Origin: the human T2T-CHM13v2.0 reference genome, Homo sapiens | Length of the DNA stretch: 64,000 bases | NCBI RefSeq assembly: GCF_009914755.1 | Contig: NC_060929.1 | Direction: 5' to 3' (one strand) | Notes under the pieces: model-generated | What the model saw: the letters and a program-made list of their open reading frames with translations, nothing else | The model's database searches: none | What the model was told of the DNA's origin: nothing | Position numbers and translations under genes: made by a program | Shown here: piece by piece, positions 1-13,990 of the stretch | Layout of the letters: every line of letters begins with the position of its first letter | How positions within the stretch are numbered: position 1 is the first letter of the stretch

Positions 1-633
1 CCTCCTGGTACCACCGATGTTCCCTTATTGTATACAAGTTCTGTCCAAAACAAGCTAGTCATCTCAAGGAAGGGTGTATGTCTCAGAATTTCCAGAAGGA
101 GGTAGCATTGGATGGGATTGGAGGAAGGATCTCTTTATATGTCTTCCCTTCTTGATGCTGTTTTCTGGGACCCTTAGGGACCACTTCATCCAGTGCTCTC
201 ATTTTACACAGTTAAGTGATCTCTCCAATGGCTGTGATCAGCAGGACCCAATCTGGAATCCAGGTCTTCTTCCAGGTAATCTCCCATCAGTGGAAATCTC
301 TCACCTTCTCTTTAAGCACCCAGTGACGCTTGTTCTCTGTCTCCAAGACAGGGTTGATATCTGCGATTCATACTTTGGTTTGATCTAGAGCACTACATTC
401 CCTTCCTTTCCTTAAGGGAGGGGTATTTTTAGCCTTTATTCCTAAGCATGGAGTAGAAGTCTTCCTTCTTTCTTCTAGGCTTTCAGGCTTATGTCAGCAA
501 GTAGAAGAGAAATTGAGGGAAACAAATGGCCTTCCCAGCATCCAAAATCAGGCTGGGCTCTGCTTTCCAGACATGCTAACCTGTAACACATCTGTATGCC
601 TCTCCTGGCTGAAACCTGGGTGTTTCTGCCTCC

Positions 634-1621
<988 letters not shown>

Positions 1622-1664
1622 TGCCCCTTCTGTTATCTCCTGCTCCTATTATAGCTTGTGAATC

Positions 1665-1704
1665 TTCTCTCTCTCTCTCTCTCTCTGTGTGTGTGAGTGT
1701 GTGT
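1665..1704. repeat. (CT)n(GT)n compound microsatellite
   Basis: Directly visible. Confidence 0.9.
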
Positions 1705-1711
1705 ATAAGAT

Positions 1712-1895
1712 GTACTTTCTCCTTTCCTACAAAAAGATGAACAAATCCATATGCTTTCTCCTTTCCTAGGAGGGGATGTCCAAGTCCATGTGCTTTTTCC
1801 TTTCCACATGTCCAAGTCCACATGTTTTCTTTCCCATAAGAGATGTCCAAATTCATGTGCTTTCTCCTTTCCCAAGAAGGGATGTCCCAGTCCAA
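1712..1895. repeat. Degenerate ~38-bp minisatellite, about 5 units
   Basis: Recurring TGCTTTCTCCTTTCC...GATGTCCAAGTCCATG units. Confidence 0.8.
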
Positions 1896-2398
1896 GCAGT
1901 CACAGAGTCCACTTCAAGGCGGCATTTAGTTATGATCTCCCACACAACCTACAGCAAGAAGATTTGTGAAAGAAGCCACGATAGCTACTGCAGCTGGACC
2001 AAGACTATAACAGATACTCATTATCTCCTTCCTCCACCACCCAGTTAAGTGTCTCTGACCCACAGGTCACACTTCATCTGGACTGGGTTGCCTGCCTGCT
2101 GGGCTGCTCAGACCTCTTATCCCCAAAGGGTCTGAGTCTAATTGCTCCACCCTTCTTGGTTTGTGGTTGTTGTAATTACCTAGTGATCATTACCAGTGGG
2201 CATGAGTGTACTAAGAAAGGGCCCAGTGATCCCCTTGGTTCCAGGCACGCTCCTCTCTGCGCCTATTGAATCAACATCCGAGGTCCTCATGTAATCAGGG
2301 TCAGTTGCTGATCCATGAGCATGATAAGCCAAAGTGGCCAAGTGGTCGTCACACCTCCAGTTCAATGGGGGCATCACTCTGGCCCTACCTTGTGACCA

Positions 2399-2858
2399 TA
2401 TTATGGGTTGATTTGTGTCCTTCTAAAATTCACATGTTGAAATAATAACCTCCAATACCTCAAGATGTGACCTTATTTGAAGATAGGGTCTTTAAACAGG
2501 TAGTAAAGTTAAAACAAGGTCATTAGGGTGGGTATTAATTCAACATGACTGGTGTCCTTATAAAAAGAGGAAATTTAGAGAAAGATGGGCACACAGGGAG
2601 AATGCCATGTGAAGATAAAGGCACAGATTGGAGGGATGCATCTGCAAGCCAAGGAACACCAGATTGCCAGCAAACCACCAAAAGCTAGGGGCAAGGCATA
2701 AACAGATTCTCTCTCTCAGTATCTAGGAAAAAAAAAACAGTCCTGCCAACACCTTGATTTCAGGCTTCTGATCTCTAGAACTGTGAGACAATAAACTTTT
2801 GTTGTTTAAGCCACCCAGTCTGTGGTATTTGTTGCAGTGGCCCTAGCAAACAAATACA
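2399..2858 (+). mobile_element. MaLR solo LTR (MLT1C-like) inserted in ERV-L
   Basis: Begins TATTATGGGTTG and ends GCAAACAAATACA, with internal AATAAA. Flanks GACCA/GACTG fit a CpG-decayed 5-bp TSD (GACCG). Confidence 0.85.
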
Positions 2859-4587
2859 GACTGGGACCTCACATCTTACAAAGCCCAAGACGGCAAGGAC
2901 AGGAGGCATCAATCCCACGGGTAGGTCACTGGTGTGATAGTGAGAAGGGCTTTTGTACTCTCACACCAGGTCCCCAGCTTTAGGAGACTTTGAAGACATA
3001 GTATTATACACCGCCCATAGTATTATACATCACCCACTGTCCACTGAATTTACTACAGACTGGAGGACGGCTCCCTGGGAGGTAGTGTCCCCCACTGGAA
3101 CCTTGGCTGAGCCTCTAAAAGGCTGTGCTCTGTTCCATCAGGTTGGCTGCTTCTGAATGATGGGCTTCATGGTAAAGCTGATGAATCCCACGGCCTTGAA
3201 CCCATTATGTTAAGTTCCTTGCTGAGAATGGGTCCCTTGTTCCAGCTGAAGGTTTGTGGGATCCCAACTCAATGAATAAGGTTTTTCTGTAAGCCCTTAG
3301 ATGATAATGCAGACAGAAACATCATGGGCCTTCGAAGGCAACCCCATATCTAGAGGATGTTTTGATCATGATAAGCATGAATTGTTGTTCTTTGCAGGGT
3401 GGAAAGGTCTCAGTGTAAGTGACCCATGTTTCCCTAAGAAATGGTGCATGTAATAGACTCAGTGTCAGTCGCTGCTGCTAGCAGGTGGACACTTTGCAGT
3501 AGAAATAGCTATACCACACTTGGTGAGAGGAATTCCATATTGTTGAACCTAGGTAGAGCCTCCATCTCTGCCACCATGACCACTTGATCACAGGCCCATT
3601 GCACATGCAATGGATGGCAGAGGAGCAAAGCTGAGCTATAGGACTGATCATCCAACTTCCTTGATGGTTGAAAGACTGATCTGTGGTCTTTCTGGTGAGC
3701 AGTAAAACACAGATCTGCAAATTTTGAGTCTGCTCCCATTGGATCATGAACATACTTCTTGCCCAGACCCCCAGTAATGAATCTTCCAGTATTATTCTTT
3801 TCAGTCCTCTGACCAATCAACAAAGCCATTCTTTATTGCCCAGGAGAATAAATGTCTATCTCAGTTCATGTTCCCCTCTTTTTAGGGAAGACAGCCAAAT
3901 GTACTGCTCATAGCCCTACCACTGGGCTGCAACACAGCTGCAGTCCATTTCCAGCTAGCATTAACATAGTATGCCTTCTCCATAAGTTGGCCTTGTAGAA
4001 TCCCTCCATAAGTCCAAAAGTATGGGTTGAAGGACAGGCATGAATTAAGCAAAAGTAGGTACCATGGAATTCTGGGTCATCAGTTTTTATCATTTACTCT
4101 TGCCTTCAAGACTTGCTTGAGCCTGATGCCAAAGATACCACTTTCATAATATGATGGATTTCTGCCACGCTCTGCCTTATGATGTGGATGCAACCATGAT
4201 GCCCATGATGGACATCTCAGGTTGCATGGTCCCTTGGTGTCCCATAGTGAGGAGCTCAACTTCTGAGGAGACCCAGTAGCATTCTGAGAGCTATTTTTCA
4301 GACAGAGAGTCAAGGAGAACATAAGTTTGATTTAGATTCTGAGAGGTATGTGCTGTAATCATCCTATAGGGTCTTGTTAGCATCTCCATTCAGCATCCAC
4401 ATCTGCCGTGAATATCTCCACGGTAATCAGATATGGCCTCAGAGGCAGAGCAGCTAGAACCACAGCCTAGACCTGCTGCAGAGCATTTGTCTCTAGGTTC
4501 ACTCAAACTGGCATACTCCAGAGTCACCTGATAACAAATTGGAAGCAGTAGTCCACATTTTCTTTGTCCAAGATCCAAAAAGACTCA

Positions 4588-4933
<346 letters not shown>

Positions 4934-6343
4934 GTAAGATGCAACAGCTTGTTATTTATATTAAAGGTGATGTCCCAGCATGCCCTAACAACTGGAGCCC
5001 AAAAATTGGTAACAGTCACATTGGTGACATATATCAGGCCCCTAAATCACTCAGGTTTATCAACCCACCCTTGTAGCATGTATGTGTCTTGGTGGGGAAT
5101 CTAGGGTGCCTGACACTCCCTGATCACCAAGCCAATGAACATGATGTTATGCATGTAGAGGAACAGTGTGATGTTTCTGGAAATACCAATATAAGCACGG
5201 TCTCTATGGACTATCTTAGGACAGAGAAAAGGAGAGTTGACACTGCACCGAGTCTACCCAGTGCAGATACCCTGTTGTCCTGCCATAACAAAGCAACCTG
5301 CTTTTCATGTTCCTTTCATATGAATGCTAAGAAGAAAACATTCATGAAACGAATAACCACATCCCAAGGAGCAGAGGCGGTACTGACCCGTTCCTGTAAA
5401 GACACGAAAGTCCACCTAGCATCTAGTGATATTGATGGTAGTCCACTATCATCTGTCAAGATTCGATTCTTATTTAGAGACAGACAGGTGAATTGAATGG
5501 GAATATTATAGGGGCCACTGGCCCTATGTTCTTCAAGTCTTCAACAGCTGTGTTTATCTCTGCAATTCTTGTGTCTGATCTTGACAAAACAGGCTTCCAC
5601 TCAGAACTTCCTACTGTAATGGGTCTAACTGCCCAGGTCAACAAACAGATGCATAAGTGAGTGTGTTCTACATTCAGGAATCAGGCCAAGACCCCTATCA
5701 CTTGTTCTCCAATGGTCCACACTCCAACCTGAGGACCATCATGGAGTTTTACATCCCCTGATATTGGTGTTAATTCAGATCTCATATCTACTTGGCTTTG
5801 AGGGATCCAGATATTTCCTTTTCCCTGGTTCACAGTCACCCTGGAAATAGTCATAAGTCCCTTTGGGAAAATTTAGAGAACTATTTCCTGAAGATACTTG
5901 TGAGTACACTGCAGGGTTTTGTCTTAAAGAATCAGCCTCCCCTTCAATCAATGGGCCTTGATGTAGATCTGAAAGCTGAGCGAGGGGTCACAATTTCCCA
6001 TAACCATGGCTGATTTTCTGATTATGTAAACCAAGCAACAATCTACATAGCTTCTCATCTATTTGGCCTCTGGGAATACCATCACCTACAGTGGTCAGTG
6101 TGGGTTACAGATCCTACAGGTCCCTGTGGGTTAAGGCACGCTGATTGTCTCTCTCACCCTGTTGCTCATTGTGATAATTACCTCTACTTGGGACCTGAAA
6201 GTCAGATGTAGGTACCTGCCTTTCCTAAACTAGGAGTCCGTCAGTCCATCATCCCCACTGACATGAGGGAGCCCAGTTCCACGCTGACATCACCTGCCAT
6301 TAACATTGACCTAGAGAGGATGGCCACTCCCATGCTTGGTGTC

Positions 6344-6842
6344 TCTATTTGTTTCCTGTGGCTGCTATAGCAAATAATAAACAAAACCCAAACAAACAAA
6401 AAGCTTCAGGAGTTTTAAACAACAGAAATGTGTCCCTTCACAGTTCCAGAGGCTGGAAGTCTGAAATCCAGGTGTCAGCAGGGCCATACTCCCTCTGAAG
6501 GCTTCAGGGAAGAATCTTCCCTTGCCTCCTCCTGGCTTCTGGCGGTCAGCGATGCCTGGTGTTACTTGGCTTGCAGCGGCATCACTCCAGTTTCTGCATC
6601 CAACTTCACATGGCCACCTTCTCTGCGTGTGTGCCTGTGTCTCGTGTCTCTCTGTTTCCAATTCTCCCTGTTCCTATAAGGACACCAGTCATTGGATTTA
6701 GAGCACCCTAATTCAGGATAGCCTCATTTTAACTTGATTACCTCTGCAAAGACCCTATTTCCAAGTAAGATCACATTCCCAGGTTACCCAGGGTTAGGAC
6801 TTCAACATATATTCTTGGGTACACAATTCAACCCATAATACA
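6344..6842 (-). mobile_element. MaLR solo LTR (MLT1C-like)
   Basis: Typical MLT1 minus-strand text (CACAGTTCCAGAGGCTGGAAGTCTGAAATC...CACAATTCAACCCATAA). Confidence 0.85.
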
Positions 6843-7705
6843 GGTACCCTTTACTTTTTGTCCTAAATGAAAAAAAAATATATGTCCTTTAGGCTCTCCC
6901 AGGGAACATAATCTCAAGTCAGGCATAATAAATTTCTTCTAAAACATCCACTTCCCTGAGCTGCCTGATCCCTTCTGAACTAACAGTGTTGAATAAACCA
7001 AGTTCTGGTGTGTCTACTCCATTCAATATAGGCCACCCTCAGTCCCAGCTTCAAGGAACTATCTTGGAAAACTATCAAAACCAGCACTGGGCGTCTGCCC
7101 TAACATTGAATCCCAAGCCAGGAACATGCGCCCCATGCTAATGAATTCTCCTCTATCTGATCTTATTTCCAAAAACTTCCTAAGCCTTGGCACCCTCAGA
7201 TCCACTCCCATGCATGTTCCCAGTGCCACCAGCCAGATCCTGCAATTCCATGTAAGCTGTATCTTCCCAAGGCAGGAGACACAGCTCCCCTCCCAGGCTG
7301 TGCTCCCCTCTCAGACCCGATTCTGGTTGCTGGGTGGAGGCAGTAAGGGGCGGTGGAGTCAGTTCTCCAGAGGAACAAGCATCCACTGGCAGAGCATGTG
7401 TTTCAAGCAAGAGCTCCAAGAAAGGGGAGGCCGTTCCCTTCTGATAAGAGAGAAGGGCCTGCTTCAGCCAGGCAGGATGTTTGGGGGATTCAAAATGTTC
7501 AGGCTTACAGGGCTGAAGGTTTCTACATCAGATCTTTGGCTGCAGTCTTCCTGTGAGGGCGCTGACTTTACTGGAGGAGGCTATTGAAGCTTTGCATTCC
7601 TGTCTTTGCAAGTCTTTCACCCTTTTAACCAGACTCTAACCCAATTTCAGCAGAGTCTGCTCAGCAACTGCATGAGATGAGGTCTCTAAAATATTTCAAA
7701 CCAGC

Positions 7706-8217
7706 TGTGACGGGCACCATAGTAACCCCTCAGTGATGGCTGTATTCTAATCCCTGGAGCCTGTGAATATGTTAGGTTACCTGACAAAGGAGAATTAAGG
7801 TTGGAGATGGAATTAAGGTTTGCTGATCAGCTGAGTTTAAGATCATGGAGATTATGCAGGATTATCCAGATTGGTCCAACGTAATGACAGGAGTCTTTAA
7901 AAGCAGAAAGAGGAGGCAGCAGAGGAGAGTCAGAGGATGCCATGTGAGAGGAAGTCACTGCCTGTTGCTGGCTTTGAAGACGGAGGAAGGGGGTCATGAG
8001 CCCAGGGATGCAGGAAGCCTCTAGATGCTGGGAAAAGCAAGGAAACAGATTCAGCCCTAGACAGGAACGTAGCTCTGCTAACACTTTGTTTTTAACCAAG
8101 TGGGATCCATGTCAGTCTTCTGGTCCGCAGACTTAAGATAAGGAATTTGTGTTATTTTGAGCCATGAAGTGGGTGATCATTTGCTGTAGCACAATACAGC
8201 AACAGGAAACAGAGAGA
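7706..8217 (+). mobile_element. MaLR solo LTR (MLT1D-like)
   Basis: CTAATCCCTGGAGCCTGTGAATATGTT...GGAATTAAGGTT...GGATTATCCAG, typical of MLT1D. Confidence 0.8.
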
Positions 8218-8744
8218 CCCTTTGATATTGACAGCGTGCCTTTGGCTGTCCCAGCCTAGCAGTTTCTATTTGAAAGACCTCCAGGACAATCCAAGTAGCC
8301 ATCCTACTCCACAGTTGTTGTAATTATTATTAGCCTGTAACCAGCTGAGCACCTCAGCTATTTGATCACTCAGTGCATGCTGCACCTCATTTTGCAGGTA
8401 GAAGCATAAGGAATGATGATGTCACCATGTGTGAGGAGCTATTTCCATCCCACTTACTACTAGCAGCAGGGAGTTCTATTGCCTTGGGACACGAGCAATG
8501 CAACTCCAAAATCCCATCCTGAGAGCCTGTTTTCTAAATTCTCTTCCGTTTCCAATTTGATTATATCCTGGGTCTCCTAGAATCTGTTACTCAAAGAGTG
8601 GTCTGCAGAAGACCACTGTGGGCCTCCCCTGGGGGCTTGTTAGGAATACAGAATCTCAGGCTTCACCCTAGACCTGCTGAATCCTACTCTGCATTTGAAC
8701 CATAGTCCCAAATGATTCAAATGCACATTAAAATTCTACAGCCC

Positions 8745-9348
<604 letters not shown>

Positions 9349-12300
9349 GATCTGAAAGCATTGGCCATGAAAACACAACCCAAAGATTACAAGCTGATGG
9401 CTTACTTGGGAGTGCAGGTCCGGGCACCAGGAGGGGAAATGGAAGTGAGGCAGGGAAAGGTGTTGAGCAATTGAAGGTGATGCATTACGGTGCTGGACGC
9501 TGTTTCATGACAAGCTGCAAAGGGCCAGCTGGTTGGTCACAGAGGTGCCCGCTCGTCTACTCTTGACATCCCTGGAAAGGATATATAGAGTATTCTATCT
9601 CCTATTTCTTACAGCCAAAGGGAGAATTAACTAATTCCCTACACTTCCAGGCTGCATCCTCCAGCCCCTTTGGCATCACTTGGGAAGTCAGATCTTCTAT
9701 CTTTTGCTCAAATCAGGTTCAGGAAGAAACTTAGGGAATGCAGCTGGTCGGCCTGGCTGTGCAGCAGCACCACAGGGGAGTGGTCCAGCCTTCTCACCCA
9801 AATGACTCACTGGCCCTAGGTAGTGCACCACGAAGACCCAAGTAAAGTAGCTTCAACCCCTTCTCACTGGAACGCATTGGATCATCCCAGCCAGGCATGA
9901 CCCCTCCAGGCTCAGACCTCATTGCTCTTTCCCTCTTTCCCTTGAGCCCTGTGTTCAGAGCATTGACTGAGGTCTAAGAGGCTGGGTAGACCATCCCCAC
10001 TGCCATGTTTTGTTTGCTTGATTGTTTGTGATTTGTTTTCTGCAGAGTGAGGGCAAATTCCCACTGATGTGCAGAGGGACACACTCCCCAAGTTGAAGAT
10101 GGCTTAGACAACCTCCTTTCTCTCTGCCTTTTACCTAGGAAGCACCCAGAAATCCCTGCAGACATTAATGAGGACATATCATTCCAGAAGAATCTCCAGT
10201 TCCTGCAGAGATGTAATCAGATAACTGTGACCTTTGGAAAAGCATGTGACCTCTCTAAGCCCAATTTCCTCATATGCGAAAAAGGACAATGACAGATGGG
10301 CATTAAGCCAACCAGAGGAACTAAGGATGTGGGGCAATGGTGTTTGCCAATTCTCCCTGAGTCAGCCCCATAGACTGATCACATTGAGCTCCCTTAATAA
10401 TAAGGGGCTCTCTAGTAATGGTTATAGTGGACAGCCCTGGAAGTGGCACCACTCCCTGCCCTCCCAAGTCTCCCACCCTCATCCTGAGGAGGCGTGTGCT
10501 TGGGGTAGAGAAGTCTCCCTCAGGGTGCTTATGGCTGGTGGCAGCTTCATGATCAGTGACACCCACATAGACACACACAGACCTTAGCTCTAGACCTGTC
10601 TGCACCGAGTCCCAGCCGAGGCATTTTCCAGAGAACATTAAAGGGACGTATTACATCTCAGGCACTGAGCAAAGAGGAGGAGTGTCTCCTGTTCAGAGGT
10701 CCCAGACTATCACAGTGTATGCTACCTCCCCACCGTACCCCCAGGTCCACGACTCCAGGCCTTGCCACTCCAACACTGACAGACATTGAGTGAGCACCTG
10801 TCATTTTCTGGTGCTGTATTAGATGCTAGAGATACCACAACAGCCAAGGCAATCTCTATCCTCACACTTGAAGCACAAGTGAGAGCTTAATGATCATTGG
10901 TTGACTCATTCCTAAAACCCACCCAGTAGAAAGGGGCTCCAGATTGCCATTGGTTCCACTGCTTTCCTTTGCTTAAGGAGACAATGTTTACTAATGGAAG
11001 GAGTTAAAACATTTTTTTTTCTGAAAGCATTTATTGGCCAATGCAAAGTGGAGTACTGCCAAGGCCACTGGGTCCAGAATAATTGTCATTTTCCCTTTTC
11101 CAAAGGAAAGATAATCCAGAAAGAGTCCATGGAGAGTTCCCCATCCTTGCACCTATAAATCATCCTGAGATTTAGGGCTCAAGAATGGAAAACCTCCTGC
11201 TCAGAATCTGACACATCAGAGCTATTCATACACAGCATCCATTAGTTTGGTCTCCAGAATGCACATGTCCCTAACATGGGGAACACACTATTGTGTTCCA
11301 CGGGGACACATAGGGACATGTGTTCCATGTCCCTAAGATGGGGAACATGCTATTGCAGTACCATGAATAGTAAGTTGAGAAGCTTAAATGCTTTGGTGGG
11401 GTGAGATGAGGAAGTTTCAAAATGGGTTAATGAGGGTTGATAGCAGAGGAAGAAACCAGTTCCAAAGCCAAATTTTCTCTCCAGAGGATTCTTGCCAGAG
11501 GTAGATTTTAGAAGGCAGAGTGCAGGTTAGGTGAAGAATAGAGGGATTGGCAGTAAAGGAAACCGTCCCCTTTGAGGGCGTGAGGCAGGGAGTTTAGTGT
11601 GGGCTTCTGTTCGCTGAGAGTCAGGACAGAGCACAGGAAAGGCAAGAGTTGAAACCCACCCAATACACAGAGCAGGTACTATTCTGGAAGACTTTAATCA
11701 TGGTTTATCAAATATCATATGCTTAGAAGTTTATAATAATTAACCCATATAATAGTAAGGGTTAATAACTCAAACCCTTATAGTTAGCACATTTAACCAT
11801 GTTGTTTTTCTTAGATTGCACTCTTTATGTTTCTGGTGAGAAAATCCTTGAGAGTTGCATACACAGTTATTTTATGACTGTTTATGAAATTGGGAAAAGT
11901 AGATTTTATGAAATGCATGCCCCTATGACAGACCTCCAAAATTCATTTTGATCTTTAAAAGTTTAAAATTAAAAATAGAAAGCATATTTGGTGTTAAATG
12001 TGTAGAAAATCTAACAGTAATTACAAAAAGTGCAAACCAATGAACATTTGGAAAAATCAATCGGCTTCTATGAATTGTCCCTGCTTGGCGTTCAACTTTG
12101 AGCACATTTACAAGTGAATAGGTGTGATTCCTATGATCTTGGGAACTGCCTACAGGGCTGGTCACACGGAAATCCACCCAGCTGGACATGGGGCAGCGCA
12201 GTCGACTGTGGTTCACAGAGATGGCCTCCCACGTCCAGTGAATAGAGACCCATGAGATAGCCACCACTGTGGTCCTGATTTCCACAGGACAAAGCAAAGT

Positions 12301-12799
12301 GAAGAGAACAGCACACAGCCGTTTCCCTCCCTCACAAATGAACTAAGAACTTAAAATTTGCTCCTAGCATTGTCCAAAGCCTGGGAGAAAATATTGCCTC
12401 TGCCCTCAGGGTTACTCCAGATCTAGTTGTGAAGTCAGGCAAGAAACTGATGATAGCAGCAAAATGAAACCCACTACAGGCCCGAAGGGTGTTCAGAGTA
12501 GGGAGGAAATGCGGAGAGTGGCCTGGAAACCAGGAGGAAGGCTTTTGGGGAAGTGGCGTTTCAGCAGGCATTGAAGATAAGCGAGAGTCCTCCAGGAAGC
12601 GGAGGGGGCAGGGCACTCCTGACAAAGGATGTCCTGCAAGGGGCCAGGCAGGGACCGGAGCACCAGGGAGAAGTTCACGCAGCCACGACCTGGGGGGTGC
12701 AGAGGGTGGATGGGAGACTGATAGGAGAGGTCCAGCTGGGTCTTAGTGCATAAGGGTCTGGAATGCCATGCGGAGAAGCTGGCACATTGACAGGCAGCA

Positions 12800-13000
12800 C
12801 CTATGAGCACCTACTGTGTGCCAGACACTGTCATTAGCAAGCTACACTTAACACCTTCTGAAAGCTCACAACCACCCTCTGAAGTATAGACTGTCGTTCT
12901 TCCCAATTTATAGGTGAGGACACAGGCACAGAATGGGCACAGACACTTCTCCCAAGTCACACAGCTCGGAAGTGGTGGAACAGGGACTTCCCGCTGCAGG
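12800..13000 (-). mobile_element. MIR
   Basis: GAGCACCTACTGTGTGCCAG...CCCAATTTATAGGTGAGGACACAGGCACAGA...CCCAAGTCACACAGCT, the MIR core. Confidence 0.7.
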
Positions 13001-13509
13001 CTCTGAGGAGAAGGCAATCAAGCGGCATGTTTCCAAGGGATAACTCTGGGGACAGAACCTGGATCCCCATATCACTTGGTTTCTAAGCTGGCTATGCATT
13101 GGAGCCCCTGTCAGGCCTCACCTGGGCCTCACAAGTCAGAATCTTGGAGGCCTGGGTCCAGGAGAGTGTGTTTTAATAAGCTCCAAAGGCGGGGCCTGCT
13201 GGGCAGGTCCTTCAAAACCACTCAGCTCTGCCTCCCATTTGCCAGACAAAGAAACTGAGACCCAGAGGGGCACCACAGCCCACCAAAGCCTTCGTGAGTT
13301 GAGGACAAAGTAATGGTGCCCGGCCTAGAGACACTGTCCCCAGCCAGCATTCTTCACCCAGAGCGGGGAGAGGGAGGGGGAAGAGGGGAGGGAGGAGGAG
13401 CTCTTTATGGAGCAGACACCTTCTCTAGGTATAGGATGAAGGCCACTGGTGGTGTGGGAGGGGACCTTTAGGGCATGGAATCACAGCCACACACAACATT
13501 GAATCCCAC

Positions 13510-13990
13510 TGTATTAGTTACTTATGGCTGCTGTAACAAATTACCACTAATTGAGTGGCTTAAAACAAGACAGATGTATTCTCTTACTGTTCTTGAGTTC
13601 AGAAGTTTAAAATAAGATGAGGTGAAAATCAAGGTGTTGGCAGGGCTTGCTGTTTCTGAAGGTTCTGGGAAGAATCTGTTTCCTTGGCTCTTCTGACTCC
13701 TAAAGGCTATAAGGCATTCAGCTTTCCTTGGCTTGTGGCCACATCACTCATCAGCTTTCTCTCTTACAGCTCATTGTCTGTCATTAAATCTCCCTCTGTT
13801 TCCCTCTAATAAGGAGAGTTATGATGACATTGGGCCCACTTGGATAATGCAGAATAACCTCTCCAACTGGTCATGGATTTAATCACTTCTGTAAAGTGTC
13901 TTTTACCTTGGAAGATGACCTATTGGCAGATTCTGGGGATTTGGACTGAAGTCTTTGGAGAGGGAGGGGCTCATTACTCTACCTACCACT
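13510..13990 (-). mobile_element. MaLR solo LTR (MLT1D/E-like)
   Basis: Starts TGTATTAGTTACTTATGGCTGCTGTAACAAATTACCAC, with a typical MLT1 body. Confidence 0.8.

Noticed and set aside
1712-1895. CRISPR-like repeat-spacer appearance (also 37106-37272)
   Set aside because: Mammalian DNA with no cas genes. The units are degenerate tandem copies without unique equal-length spacers.
7126-7587. 153-aa + strand ORF and other 60-150 aa ORFs across the window
   Set aside because: Antisense to decayed ERV gag or derived from Alu/MLT/L2/MIR sequence; no coding features or exon structure seen.
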